A stretch of 63,316 nt of DNA, taken from the IMG/VR virus record IMGVR_UViG_3300020474_000010, positions 1 to 63,316 of that record, one strand, 5' to 3'. Below, piece after piece: positions 51,131 to 62,039 of this stretch. A model generated the notes under the pieces. It saw only the letters and a program-made list of their open reading frames with translations. It searched no databases and had not been told where the DNA came from. Source of the stretch: a virus. Its lineage: Duplodnaviria > Caudoviricetes. The stretch's first letter is position 1; each line of letters starts with the position of its first letter. The translations under genes were made by a program, and so were the position numbers.

Positions 51131-54100
51131 TTAGATCTCTGTTAACCACCAACCACGGTATGTTGGAGGAATTACTGAACCGCCACCATCGTTAGTACCC
51201 ATGTAGACTAATCCAAATCCAGCATTTCTAGTTTGGATGATTAGTTCACCACCAGCATATGCAGTAGCAAGACCACCCGCATTAGTTCCAGTGCTATCAC
51301 CCATGATTGCAGTGCTTAGAGGAGCACGAATGATTAATGAAGTTTGATAGGATAGTGCTCCAGATACCTCAACAAATTTAATCATATCTCCTGTCTCAGC
51401 ATCACTTGGTAGAGTTAGAACAGTTGTCGCTGCTACAGCAACGATGTAGTTTCTACCACTACTTAGTGTTGTATCAGCATTAACGAAGTCCCATCTACGA
51501 CCACCGTTTCTATTAAAGAAGTTAGTGTTACCAAATGCATCAACAGCAGCATCCTGACGGATTCTAAAGTTTCTATCTGCACTGTTACCAAGATTGCTAA
51601 TATTAAGAGCGTAATCTGTAGCACTTGGAGTTGTAGTAGATGTGCTAACAATGTTAACATGACCACCATTGACTGTTAAATCACCATCACCTAGTGCAGA
51701 ACCAGCAACACCGATTCTTGTATCACCAGTTGACGCATCAACTTGGAATTTAGATGTAGAAGCAGAACCAAACTGAACACCAGTTGTTCCACTGAATACA
51801 TTAAAGTCATTGTCGATTGATAAAGAACCAGCAATCTCAGTATCACCAGATGTAGAGTTGACGTATAACGCCATATCTGCATCATCTACTGATGGAACTT
51901 TATCACCCAATAGAGTAATTCTTAAGTTACCTGCTAACCACTGGTTACCAGACTTATCAATTCTTGCTTTTGGATTAGTTTCAGTACCAGCTCCAACAAC
52001 ATTTAATTCACCATCACTATTGACTGTGAGTCTTGTGTTAGCAGTAGGTTGACCATTTACAATCTTAAACTGGTTATCAGTTGGAGCTGTAGCAGGATCA
52101 GATGTAAGGTTAATTGTAAAGTCTTGAGTATCAAGAATTGTAGAATCAACTCCACCATATACAGAATCAATAATGAATCTATCTTGGTTAGCACCATTGT
52201 TAACGATAAACTTCTCAGAGTTAGTATCGTTAACTGCAGTAATCTGTACAAATTCACCAGATGGGCAAGTAGAACCAGCACTTATTCTTAGATAGTCATT
52301 AACTTTAAATTGTCCACCAAATTCAGACAGTGCGACAAGAGTATCACTAAATGTGATAGTTGCACTGTTTACAGTACCTGCTAGAGGTAACGCTGCACCA
52401 CCTGGGTCAAGAGAAACATTAAATCTAGTGATGCTGTTAGGTGTATCATCGACTGCATTAACAACAAAGTATGTTGTGTTTGTGTTTACGCCAGTAATAC
52501 TACCAACACTACCGAATGTGATTGCATCACCCTCTTCTAGTTCACCGAGTGTAACTTCAATTACATCAGTTACATCAACAATTTGCTGTATAGCAATAGT
52601 ATTACTATTTTGTGGTACTCTACCAATTAAATGAGTCGCAGCTGCAGACTTACCAAGTTTAACGATAGGACTGTTATCATTGTGTTGTGTAACAGTTGTA
52701 CAATCAAAACCTCTAGTAACTTTAACAAGTCTATTGCTAGTATCAGCACCTGGGGATATAACTTGAACTAACTCATTATTGATGAGAAGAACGTCACCGA
52801 TCTCAATACCCTCTACGTTGTTAACAGGTAGATTAGTATATGATGCATCAACTGGGTTTGAAGTCCATGATGTAGTACCAGATCCAGTATCAACTAAAGT
52901 GTTTTGTAATGTGATACCAGTTGCAGTTCCAGGGGTTCCAGAAACAACGATTGGTGTACCACCTTCAGTTGAAGCAATCTGGAATGTACCACCAGCAACA
53001 CCAGTTGAATTAACAATGAAGTATGTTGTTACAGTATCAACGTTGTTTGAGAATCCAGTAGTGTCTGAGAATCTTACAGTGTTACCATCAAGGAAATAGT
53101 TATCAGGAACAGAGAATGTACCATTGACTGTATTCAATGCACTGATAATTTCAATACCATCAATATCGGCAATAAACTCGTAGAAGTCAACATTAAGGTT
53201 AGCAAGAGAACCCTTAGCGTGAGCAATCTTACTTGTACCAAATTTTGCTCTAGAAACTGTAACTGTACCACTGTTAGATCCACCATGCATGGTAACATCA
53301 CCGAACATATCGGTATCACCATTGACTTTAAGTGAGTTTCTAATAGTTGTTGAACCAGCAACACCACCAATATTAAATTGTGATGCTCTAGTAGCAAAGT
53401 TAACTGTAGAAGCAGTACCACCTCTTGTAAGAAGATTAATTATCTGAGAATCAGATTGAATATCTCCACCATTTACATCTAAATCACCATCTAAGATAGT
53501 CTGAGCATTCTTAACTGTTAATGTTGAATTAGCAGTATTACTAAATGCACCACCGATTGTGATAACAGATTTATTTGTAGCACCATCAGCAACAGTTCCA
53601 ATATTAACTATGGAATCAGTTGAACTAGTATGAAGATCAAAGATTGTTTGTGCAGTAACGTTAGTTCCAATACTAATTGATTGGGCGTTGACTGCTAGAT
53701 CAGCAATATGTAATGTAGTTGCCTGACCAAATGCATTGACTGTGAGTGCATTTCCTTGTAATAAGTTGAATACACCTGCATTTGTTGTGATATCACCGCC
53801 ATCAACATTAAGATCACCATCAATATCTAAGTTAGCACCTGATCCAAGCATTCTAACTGTACCTTGAACAGTCAGAGTATCAGTTAATTCACCTCTACTT
53901 ACATTAATACCAACTCTAGTATCTTGAGTAGAAACTCTAAGAAGTGCATTAGATTGTGGAGAATCGGAAGATCCACCAACTAAGAACGCCTCATCTAGGT
54001 TAGTCTCAGTCTTACTTGTAGTTGAGTTATTGAGGTAATCATTGATTGCCTTACCACTGATATATGCATTACCAACAACATCTAAGTTTGCTCTTGGTTC

Positions 54101-57100
54101 TTGCTGGTCATATGTGATACCACCAGCATTATAAGTTAAGAATCCATACTCATGTGCAGCATGTGCAGTACGTGCAAGTGTGTTAACGCCTAATTTGAAT
54201 TGACCATATGTATCTGTGGTTGTTCTAAGTGCTTCTGCACCAATAACGCCATACTCTTTGAAGTTTTCATCAGATCTTTCTAATACCGCTGTTGGTTCAG
54301 CAGCAGCAGTCCAGTTATATGTTGCAGCAGTGATAGCATTAGCAACAATAAATTCAATAAAGTCGTTATCAGTTCCAGTTAGATCTGCCTTAGTAATTAC
54401 CCACTTACCGTTAATTAAACTATTACTAAATCCTTGGATTCTAATTGTCTTACCAACACTAAGTCCAATACCTGTGCTTGCGTTAGTTAGAGAACCAGTC
54501 CAATTGATTCTGATCTTACTACTTCCATCTGTTACTAAATCAAGAATGCTTGACTCAGGAATATTAGTGTAGTAGTTAGCATACACCCAACCAAGAGAAC
54601 CACTTCTCTCAACAGAGTTACCCTTGAATAGGATATCACCCGCTTGTGGATTTGCTTCAACATCAGTAGAGTTGTAGTATCTTACAAACTGATCATTACT
54701 GAATGTTGTGTTCTGATCAGGAGTTCTGTTTGATGGGACATTCTCATTGAATGAGAAGTTAGAACGTAGACTGTATGCCTGTCCAGGGAATGCCGCAGTA
54801 CCACGACCTTTTACATGGAAAAGTGCAGCGGAAATTTTATTACGATCTATGGTAATGTCGCCTTCATTTCTGTTAGCGAAGTTACCTCTAGTTAGAGTAA
54901 GATCTTCAGCACCACCATCGTTCCTTGGGTTTGACTGAATAGTCAAAGCAGGATTTTCGTTAGGTGGTTGAGTGTTGATAATGACTCTATTATTAAAGAA
55001 TCCAACACCTTCAACTGTAATCTTATCTTTAAATGTAACAGGAGTATCGAAAGATGTAACCAGTGATGTAATTACATCGGTATCATCTTCAGATGCTGCA
55101 AGAACTGCTCTCTCGAGGAACTCTTCCTCACCAGTAATAGCATCAATCTTACGGTTACCAATATAAAGATCACCATTAGAGTTTAGACCAGTATAGAATA
55201 CGATACCACCATCTTCACGTTTTGCCTGTGCATAGTAATCTTGGAAGTCAGATAAAATAACTTCTTGACGTGCTGGTAGACCAGTAGAGTAGTTTCCTGG
55301 ACCAAATCCTAAGTATTCAAATGTATGGTTACCAGATCTAGCAATAGAAGGACGACGTAATTCAACGTAAACCTTCTGATCGTGGATAGATGCAGCATCA
55401 CCAGCGATAGAGATCTTTCTTTGTTCTGATCCAGATGTTGCATTACCTGTGGTTGCCTTGATCTCATTAGTACCAGTGTAGGTATAACCATCGAAGTATG
55501 CACTCTTAGTTAAATCTACAACAGCTTCCTTCGTCATCGAACGCTTGGCGTCGTTAACGTAAACTAAACCATGAGTATAGTTATCAGCATAAGAACTAGA
55601 CTCTTGAGGATCAGTAATTAATGTATCTTTTGTACCATTATTGTCTACAACCTGATACCAAGTTGGATCATTTTTGTAATCTAATGGATACAGAGAGGAT
55701 ATAGGTTGAGAGAACTTAAAGTTCTGGAAGTTGTTACCAATACCAGCACCACGAGGTAGAGGTGTGATATTACCACGAACAGCAGTTAGATAGTAAATAC
55801 CATCTTGCTGCCCTGAAACACGTTCTTGAATCTCTTCTGTGTTAAAGATATAGAATGTATCATCAATATCAGGAACATCATTTACAGAAATAACTTTATA
55901 TGTGTTACCAACTGAGTCATCTAAAGTATCACCAGGGGTTATAGTAAAGAGGTTAGCACCCTGTACAACATAAAGATAGTTATCTTTAACATCTCTACCA
56001 CCGTTAGCATCTTCCTGTAGATCAGCATATACTGAACCTTGTGTAAATCTAGTATTAGTTAAGGCATCAAAACTAGGACGAGCACTTACATCTTTTAAGA
56101 TGAGGTAATGTTCACTTCCTACAGAGAAGTATGCATGAATATAAGCAAAACCACTAGAGTATCCAGTCCACTCAACTCTATTAGTTGGAGTAGAAGTTGT
56201 CTTACTAGCAGTAAATGAACCTGCCTGAGGAGAGTTGATCTTAACTGTGTGGAATACAGTATTCTTTAATGAAGGAGCATTTGTATCATCAACAGAATGG
56301 TTGAATGCAGTAACTTCTAAAAGTTGCTGAGAACCAACAGTTTTTTCTCTAGCAGAACGAATACTGAAACGTAGATAGTTGCTAGTGTTAACAACTACTG
56401 GATTATTATCAGGATCATATACAAAATCAGGATCAATTGTACCTGCCTGTACTGCACTATCATATGCAGTTCTACTCATACCTAGAACTTCAGTTGCGTT
56501 GTTCTGTGTATATGGGTTACGGAATTCTGCCTTAGTAGGAGCACCACCAACAGGTTCTAGAACAATATTCTGAGGTAGAAGATTTCTCTTCTCGTCAGTT
56601 CTGATCTTAAGAACAAATCCGTTGTTTGGTTTTCTTACAGCACCAGGGAATTCCTTAGGTTGTACGTAACGTAAACGATATATTCTATCTTCTTTCTCTC
56701 TAGCATCAAGAAGTCTTCTGTAGTTAGAGTCTGTTGTCTGTGATTGACCAGATGCAGCATCATAGTCAGTCTGATTAAATCTAGAGAATATATTATCATC
56801 ATTAGTAGACTCGTCTTTAGTCTGTAGATACCATAGACCATCAGTGATAGCAGGCACTCTAGATGCACTAGTATCAACAAATGTAGGATCAAATTTTAGT
56901 GGAGATACACGCTTGTTAGCAAAGACATACCAGAACTGAGTTGTGCTATTAACAAGTGTTACCTCAGGAGATCCAGCGATCGCTTCCGCTGCAGTGTTGA
57001 ATATCTTAAATGTATCATCACTTGTATAACGTACAAAGAACTCTTTAGTTGCTGAGATCTGTTGACCACCAACACCTGAGAGTGTAGGAAGTGTTCCTAC

Positions 57101-60100
57101 CTGACCATCAGAACCTTCTGCTCTAAAGAATACTTTCTGTAGATATGCAGCTCCTAGTCCTGTTGTTGGTTTATCAAAGATGTGTGCAACATCAGTCTTC
57201 ATGACTGTACCGCTGCTACCATCAAAAGTTACACGATACTCAGTAAGATCAAATCTCTCATCAAGAACATACTGTTGAAGTAAAATCTCAACATCATCTT
57301 CAATTGACTCAGTTTCAGGTGAGTAGATATAGATACCTGCTGCAGCATTTTCTTTTGTGTTTGCAAGCATCAGTTTAGTTTGATCACCACCGTCAAAGAT
57401 ACCGTTGTATACACTTGCTTGGTTATAGTTGAATGGTTGTGTGTCTCTACCTGGGGCAATTACATAGTATACTCTGTTTGGTTGGAATCCTATTGGTAGA
57501 CGAACGTCTCTCTCATCAGGAGTCATTCCTGATTTTGGTCTAGCAACTAAACGAACTGGAGTTCCAGTCTCAAACTTATGTGGGTTACTACCACCAGCAT
57601 TGACTGTAAATAATGTCGCACGATTAGCAAACTGAGAACTATCAACAGTTGGATTCAATCTAGGAATGATTGTCTGTTGTGGTGAAGTTTTAGTTATAGC
57701 AGCGAACACACCAGCATTTGTGCTATTGACTGTACCAGCATTATCAATACCTGCTTCAATGATATTAAATAAAGTATTTTGCGCAGAAAGAACGTTAGCA
57801 CAGTAGTAAGTAGCAGAACCAGCAGCACCAACATTAACTGTAATTGTGTCTGCACCTACTGAATCAATATTGATAGCAGTATCATATGCAGGGTCACCTG
57901 ATCTAGGATAAGTATGCTGAGTTGCATTGTTATCCATTCCACAAGTGAATGTTAATGAGTTAGCAGCGATCTTAATACTTGTTCCTGTTGTTAAGGAATG
58001 AGTACCAATTGTTAGTACCATTACACCTGTTGCAGGATCATAAGCTGCATTTGTAACATCATGATTGACGATAGGTGATCCACCTACGTTTACAGTGATT
58101 GTATCAGTAGTGACTGAACTAATATTCAGTGCCTGTCCAGATGAAGGGTCAGTAGATCTTGGATATGTCTTAGTTGCAGTATTACCATCCATTGTACATG
58201 TGAATGATAATGCGTTATCAGCAATAGAAAGTGTGTTTGATGTACTTAATCCATGACCAGCAGAGGTAATAACCATCTCACCAGTTGATGCATTATATGT
58301 TGCATTTGTAACTGGGTTTGGTAAGTTACCTGAATTTGATGTAACTCCATTTCCTACAGCAGATACAAATGTATGTGCATAGTTACCACCAGACTGAACT
58401 GCACTAGTTGCTGTGCCTCCTGCCCATGTATGTGGAGTGTTACCACCAACAGGATTAGGATCTGTGGTGATAGTTAAATCTTTTTGTTGAGAGTATGTTG
58501 TAGTTACACCAGCACGAGGAGTGTAAGTAAGATTTTGAATTACTTTCTCGGCAATCTGTTTAGCAATACCAAAGGCATATACAGATTGTGCTTCTTCACC
58601 AGCAACGTGAGCACCTAAAACATAGAAGTTAGCAGCATCATATACTTGGTTGTTAGAACCATACTTAACGTTATATGCAATTGCTTCTATAACATCTACA
58701 ATATCATCAAAACAGTTAACAGAACCACCAGGGACATTGAATGTAGGATACTGAATTTCCATGTCCTTGACTGCTACATCAGCAATCCAGTTCTTGTTAG
58801 CAAGTAATAGATCATGTGCATCAGCAAAACGATCAGCAACAGGACTAAGACCATTGTTGATGATAGTTTTAATGTTACTAAAGAATGTAGTGATTGCATT
58901 AGCAGTTCCAGAACACTCAGGATATACAGTGTCTGTAGTAATAGATGCATCAATAGTTCCTGTTAAACCAGACCAGATACCCTTACGATCACCATTAGTA
59001 TCTTCTAGTTTGAATAATAGTTTACCAGCACTAGTTGTACCAGTTGCATTCTGAGCAACACCAACACCAAGATAACTTCTAGCATTAGCAACAACACCAC
59101 CAAGTTCAATCGTAGTTGCGTTAACGATGCTCTTAATATATGTGTTTGCTGGAATGTTAGATGTGATTAAAGAAGATGGATCAACTGTAGTATTATTAGC
59201 ATTTACAGTTGTATACTCCTCAACCTTCATACCGATTGATAGACCTTCAGTTGTAGGCACAGTAACATTTGGAGATCCATTAGTGATTACACAACCAGTC
59301 TGTAGGAAATCCCAGTTACGCATTGCTGCGATTGCTAAGTCACGAGCATATTCAAAACCTTCAATAGTTTCAAATAATTCTCCATCAATATAATTGAGTT
59401 GACCAGATGAGAAATAAGATTCTGCTGCCTGAACAGTATTGATGTTACCACCAAGTCTTAAGTCAGCAATAACTGCATCTAAAATATATCCAATATCTCT
59501 CTTACACTTAGTAATAGTAATATTCTTACTGAGAAGTGCAGGATACTTAGTAGTAATATATCCATATGCTTCCTCAGCAATTAAATCTTTATTCTCTTCA
59601 ATTCTGTTAGCAGCATCCTGATTCTTATTATCAACAACCACAGTTGTAGGGTTGAGGATCTGCATTGAACTACTGTATGATTTGAATCCAGATGGTTCTA
59701 GAGTCGCATTAAATACAGAATTTGCAGGAGTTGTCTTACCAGATGCAGCATCATATGGATCTAGTTCAACGAAAATCTTTTCATTTGACTTAGCACCGAT
59801 TCTATATCCATCAAGAGTAACAGCAGGACGTTTCTTAGGATCAGTAATACCAGATCCAGCATAGTATAATTTTGTATTTGTACCACGAGATCCTTGAACA
59901 TCAAATGTGTAGTAATCAATCTCGTCTTCGTTAGCAGCAGACTCAATAAGTTTCTCAGGTGGAATGATATCAGTAATGAATCCACCCTTATCCTGATTGA
60001 ATGCATAACCCTTATGTCCAATTGCATGGAGTGAAGTGTTACCAAAGTTAGAGTTAGAGTTGGTGATACTCATATCACCACCAGACTCCATCAAGAAGTG

Positions 60101-61552
60101 ATCAGCGAAACCAACAGCGAATATACTAACGCACTGAACGAATGAGTCATTAGACGCACGGATGTGGAAGTTTCTCCAGTCATCCTTCCAGTATGCATCA
60201 CCTTTTGTATGATATGGAACTGTTGCGAAGGCATCAGAGAATGATGCTTGGTTCCAAGTGTTAGTAAATCTATCGTAACGAATGAATGCTCTATCGTCTT
60301 TCTGTAGAGAAACACCAGTATACTGAGCACAAACCATTGATTTGAAACCAGATGCCTTGCTACCATCAGCATGTAGACCACAAATACCCCAAGTCGAACG
60401 AATCGACAAGTTAAACATATAAGGAGACGCAGACTCTACAGAGTCAACTTCTGCCTGTACAAATGCATTGGTAGATAGACCATTAGCAGTGGTATATGTC
60501 TGGTTATTTTGTAAACCTAAACCAGCAACACTGCCTGGGAGTTCAAACGTAAACTTTCTACGGTTATTACTATCAATAGCAGTAACATCAAACGTACCAT
60601 TTAGTCCATCATCTAGACCATTCTCTTGTATAGCAATGTATTGCCCTTTAATATACCCGTGAGCAATCTTAGTTGTTACATTAACAGTAACAGTACCAAC
60701 AGGAGAAGAGTTAACAACCTGAATCGATTCAATAGTTCTTAAGTCAGAAAGAGGTCCAACAATTCTAGTCTCTTGAACCTTAGTACCGAACTCATCAGCA
60801 TCATCAATAGTTGGTTGATATTGTGAGAATGCTTTAGCAATTTTCTCATAGTAAAGATCAAGATCTTTCTTTTGAGCATACTCAAATACAGTAATCTTAT
60901 GGTGAGAATACTCAGGAATTTCTAGTTTAGCAACATCTCCCTTACGTGCGTATACTTTACCGACACCATTAGTGGTATCATATAGAGGAGATTTACTTGT
61001 AGTATCACCATCTTTAATTGTAAACTGCCAGATATATGCACCACCAGTTACATTGAAGATAGATGTTCTCGCACACTCTTTATTAGCAGGATCGGGAACA
61101 TATAGAGGACGAAGAATTGTACGACGAAGATCGTAACCAATTAAAGAACAACCACGAGGAACGATTAGACCGCCATCTGAACCGTTAAATCTGTAGAGAA
61201 CATTATTAGAGTTAGACAGATCCAAAACCGAAGAATCTGCCCAAGCATTATTTTGCTGATCAAAACCGAATACGTCAATCAATGATGTATTTTCAAGACC
61301 TGGACGGTTATCAATGTAGTGGTCACCAGGCATTAGCATGATGGTGAACTCATCAAATCTATCGTTATCTACCCCAGGCAAATATGAATAACGTGCAACT
61401 TCTAGAAATGCTCTCTGAATAGTCACAAATGGGCGACTTGGAGAGTTACCTCTATTGTCTAGTTCATCACTAGCGTTAAAATCATCGGGGGATACATAAA
61501 GATATCGACCTGTCTTACTCGAAATCAGGTTATCTAGTCTTGTTAGCGGCAT
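51131..61552 (-). CDS. Giant tail-associated virion protein / tail fibre
   Basis: 3473 aa; MPLTRLDN..RYLYVSPDD..GNSPSRPFVTIQRA..E, ELRRPSIARSGNHTFEYLGFGPGNYSTGLP, ends GWWLTEI; late promoter upstream. Confidence 0.85.
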   Translation of the reverse strand: MPLTRLDNLISSKTGRYLYVSPDDFNASDELDNRGNSPSRPFVTIQRAFLEVARYSYLPGVDNDRFDEFTIMLMPGDHYIDNRPGLENTSLIDVFGFDQQNNAWADSSVLDLSNSNNVLYRFNGSDGGLIVPRGCSLIGYDLRRTILRPLYVPDPANKECARTSIFNVTGGAYIWQFTIKDGDTTSKSPLYDTTNGVGKVYARKGDVAKLEIPEYSHHKITVFEYAQKKDLDLYYEKIAKAFSQYQPTIDDADEFGTKVQETRIVGPLSDLRTIESIQVVNSSPVGTVTVNVTTKIAHGYIKGQYIAIQENGLDDGLNGTFDVTAIDSNNRRKFTFELPGSVAGLGLQNNQTYTTANGLSTNAFVQAEVDSVESASPYMFNLSIRSTWGICGLHADGSKASGFKSMVCAQYTGVSLQKDDRAFIRYDRFTNTWNQASFSDAFATVPYHTKGDAYWKDDWRNFHIRASNDSFVQCVSIFAVGFADHFLMESGGDMSITNSNSNFGNTSLHAIGHKGYAFNQDKGGFITDIIPPEKLIESAANEDEIDYYTFDVQGSRGTNTKLYYAGSGITDPKKRPAVTLDGYRIGAKSNEKIFVELDPYDAASGKTTPANSVFNATLEPSGFKSYSSSMQILNPTTVVVDNKNQDAANRIEENKDLIAEEAYGYITTKYPALLSKNITITKCKRDIGYILDAVIADLRLGGNINTVQAAESYFSSGQLNYIDGELFETIEGFEYARDLAIAAMRNWDFLQTGCVITNGSPNVTVPTTEGLSIGMKVEEYTTVNANNTTVDPSSLITSNIPANTYIKSIVNATTIELGGVVANARSYLGVGVAQNATGTTSAGKLLFKLEDTNGDRKGIWSGLTGTIDASITTDTVYPECSGTANAITTFFSNIKTIINNGLSPVADRFADAHDLLLANKNWIADVAVKDMEIQYPTFNVPGGSVNCFDDIVDVIEAIAYNVKYGSNNQVYDAANFYVLGAHVAGEEAQSVYAFGIAKQIAEKVIQNLTYTPRAGVTTTYSQQKDLTITTDPNPVGGNTPHTWAGGTATSAVQSGGNYAHTFVSAVGNGVTSNSGNLPNPVTNATYNASTGEMVITSAGHGLSTSNTLSIADNALSFTCTMDGNTATKTYPRSTDPSSGQALNISSVTTDTITVNVGGSPIVNHDVTNAAYDPATGVMVLTIGTHSLTTGTSIKIAANSLTFTCGMDNNATQHTYPRSGDPAYDTAINIDSVGADTITVNVGAAGSATYYCANVLSAQNTLFNIIEAGIDNAGTVNSTNAGVFAAITKTSPQQTIIPRLNPTVDSSQFANRATLFTVNAGGSNPHKFETGTPVRLVARPKSGMTPDERDVRLPIGFQPNRVYYVIAPGRDTQPFNYNQASVYNGIFDGGDQTKLMLANTKENAAAGIYIYSPETESIEDDVEILLQQYVLDERFDLTEYRVTFDGSSGTVMKTDVAHIFDKPTTGLGAAYLQKVFFRAEGSDGQVGTLPTLSGVGGQQISATKEFFVRYTSDDTFKIFNTAAEAIAGSPEVTLVNSTTQFWYVFANKRVSPLKFDPTFVDTSASRVPAITDGLWYLQTKDESTNDDNIFSRFNQTDYDAASGQSQTTDSNYRRLLDAREKEDRIYRLRYVQPKEFPGAVRKPNNGFVLKIRTDEKRNLLPQNIVLEPVGGAPTKAEFRNPYTQNNATEVLGMSRTAYDSAVQAGTIDPDFVYDPDNNPVVVNTSNYLRFSIRSAREKTVGSQQLLEVTAFNHSVDDTNAPSLKNTVFHTVKINSPQAGSFTASKTTSTPTNRVEWTGYSSGFAYIHAYFSVGSEHYLILKDVSARPSFDALTNTRFTQGSVYADLQEDANGGRDVKDNYLYVVQGANLFTITPGDTLDDSVGNTYKVISVNDVPDIDDTFYIFNTEEIQERVSGQQDGIYYLTAVRGNITPLPRGAGIGNNFQNFKFSQPISSLYPLDYKNDPTWYQVVDNNGTKDTLITDPQESSSYADNYTHGLVYVNDAKRSMTKEAVVDLTKSAYFDGYTYTGTNEIKATTGNATSGSEQRKISIAGDAASIHDQKVYVELRRPSIARSGNHTFEYLGFGPGNYSTGLPARQEVILSDFQDYYAQAKREDGGIVFYTGLNSNGDLYIGNRKIDAITGEEEFLERAVLAASEDDTDVITSLVTSFDTPVTFKDKITVEGVGFFNNRVIINTQPPNENPALTIQSNPRNDGGAEDLTLTRGNFANRNEGDITIDRNKISAALFHVKGRGTAAFPGQAYSLRSNFSFNENVPSNRTPDQNTTFSNDQFVRYYNSTDVEANPQAGDILFKGNSVERSGSLGWVYANYYTNIPESSILDLVTDGSSKIRINWTGSLTNASTGIGLSVGKTIRIQGFSNSLINGKWVITKADLTGTDNDFIEFIVANAITAATYNWTAAAEPTAVLERSDENFKEYGVIGAEALRTTTDTYGQFKLGVNTLARTAHAAHEYGFLTYNAGGITYDQQEPRANLDVVGNAYISGKAINDYLNNSTTSKTETNLDEAFLVGGSSDSPQSNALLRVSTQDTRVGINVSRGELTDTLTVQGTVRMLGSGANLDIDGDLNVDGGDITTNAGVFNLLQGNALTVNAFGQATTLHIADLAVNAQSISIGTNVTAQTIFDLHTSSTDSIVNIGTVADGATNKSVITIGGAFSNTANSTLTVKNAQTILDGDLDVNGGDIQSDSQIINLLTRGGTASTVNFATRASQFNIGGVAGSTTIRNSLKVNGDTDMFGDVTMHGGSNSGTVTVSRAKFGTSKIAHAKGSLANLNVDFYEFIADIDGIEIISALNTVNGTFSVPDNYFLDGNTVRFSDTTGFSNNVDTVTTYFIVNSTGVAGGTFQIASTEGGTPIVVSGTPGTATGITLQNTLVDTGSGTTSWTSNPVDASYTNLPVNNVEGIEIGDVLLINNELVQVISPGADTSNRLVKVTRGFDCTTVTQHNDNSPIVKLGKSAAATHLIGRVPQNSNTIAIQQIVDVTDVIEVTLGELEEGDAITFGSVGSITGVNTNTTYFVVNAVDDTPNSITRFNVSLDPGGAALPLAGTVNSATITFSDTLVALSEFGGQFKVNDYLRISAGSTCPSGEFVQITAVNDTNSEKFIVNNGANQDRFIIDSVYGGVDSTILDTQDFTINLTSDPATAPTDNQFKIVNGQPTANTRLTVNSDGELNVVGAGTETNPKARIDKSGNQWLAGNLRITLLGDKVPSVDDADMALYVNSTSGDTEIAGSLSIDNDFNVFSGTTGVQFGSASTSKFQVDASTGDTRIGVAGSALGDGDLTVNGGHVNIVSTSTTTPSATDYALNISNLGNSADRNFRIRQDAAVDAFGNTNFFNRNGGRRWDFVNADTTLSSGRNYIVAVAATTVLTLPSDAETGDMIKFVEVSGALSYQTSLIIRAPLSTAIMGDSTGTNAGGLATAYAGGELIIQTRNAGFGLVYMGTNDGGGSVIPPTYRGWWLTEI
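57826..58312 (-). repeat. Two tandem ~85-aa repeats in the giant protein
   Basis: VTNA.Y...TG.MV.T...H.L......IA.N.L.FTC.MD.N....TYPRS.DP starting at 58312 and 58057 (period 255 nt). Confidence 0.8.
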
Positions 61553-61590
61553 ATCAGCTTACCAAAGCGGTTTTAATTGGTCCTCTGGGT

Positions 61591-61598
61591 TATTTATC
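61591..61598 (-). promoter_or_regulatory. Late promoter-like GATAAATA
   Basis: About 40 bp upstream of the giant tail gene. Confidence 0.7.
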
Positions 61599-61617
61599 AG
61601 AGTTATTACCCGTCTCT

Positions 61618-61755
61618 TTAGTCAGACGAATCTTTTTCTAGGTCGTGAATGCGGTTTGTAATGTCTTCATGCAATCGTTGAATTGCTTTTTTAGCTTCAG
61701 AAGTTTCTTCCCACTCCCAAGTATCGCCTTTTTTGCTTACAAATTGTTTCTTCAT
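61618..61755 (-). CDS. 45-aa hypothetical protein
   Basis: Hand-translated MKKQFVSKKGDTWEWEETSEAKKAIQRLHEDITNRIHDLEKDSSD*; ATGA overlap. Confidence 0.6.
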   Translation of the reverse strand: MKKQFVSKKGDTWEWEETSEAKKAIQRLHEDITNRIHDLEKDSSD

Positions 61756-62039
61756 AACATTCCTTCCTTATTCATATAGTGTAGTGTTTCTTTCATGCTA
61801 CCGATATGTTTAGTATCAATAGCAACTTGTGGATATGATGCATCACCGCCGAACTCCATCTCAAATTGATATTGTTCAAATTCTTTTCCAACTGTATATA
61901 GATGAAATTCAGATACTTCTGGTAATGCTTTAAGTAATTGTGCAATGCGTTCACATTCTTGACTACCATTACTATAAATTACCGCTGTTCTAGTCACGCT
62001 GCCTCCAATCATCAGGTCTATCTGGTCTGAACCAGTCAT
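61752..62039 (-). CDS. Glutaredoxin-like protein (atypical active site)
   Basis: AVIYSNGSQECER..LL, SYPQV.I..KHIG; true start may be internal. Confidence 0.7.
   Translation of the reverse strand: MTGSDQIDLMIGGSVTRTAVIYSNGSQECERIAQLLKALPEVSEFHLYTVGKEFEQYQFEMEFGGDASYPQVAIDTKHIGSMKETLHYMNKEGML

Noticed and set aside
47140-60662. Plus-strand and nested ORFs over fibre genes
   Set aside because: Same shadow-ORF pattern with low-information V/P/S/L-rich translations.
47362-61552. Diversity-generating retroelement or invertible tail-fibre switch
   Set aside because: No reverse transcriptase or invertase, and no template/variable repeat pair or flanking inverted repeats seen.
3703-61552. Inteins or introns explaining the giant ORFs
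   Set aside because: No intein splice motifs or LAGLIDADG/HNH blocks recognised; the size is explained by repeated structural modules.
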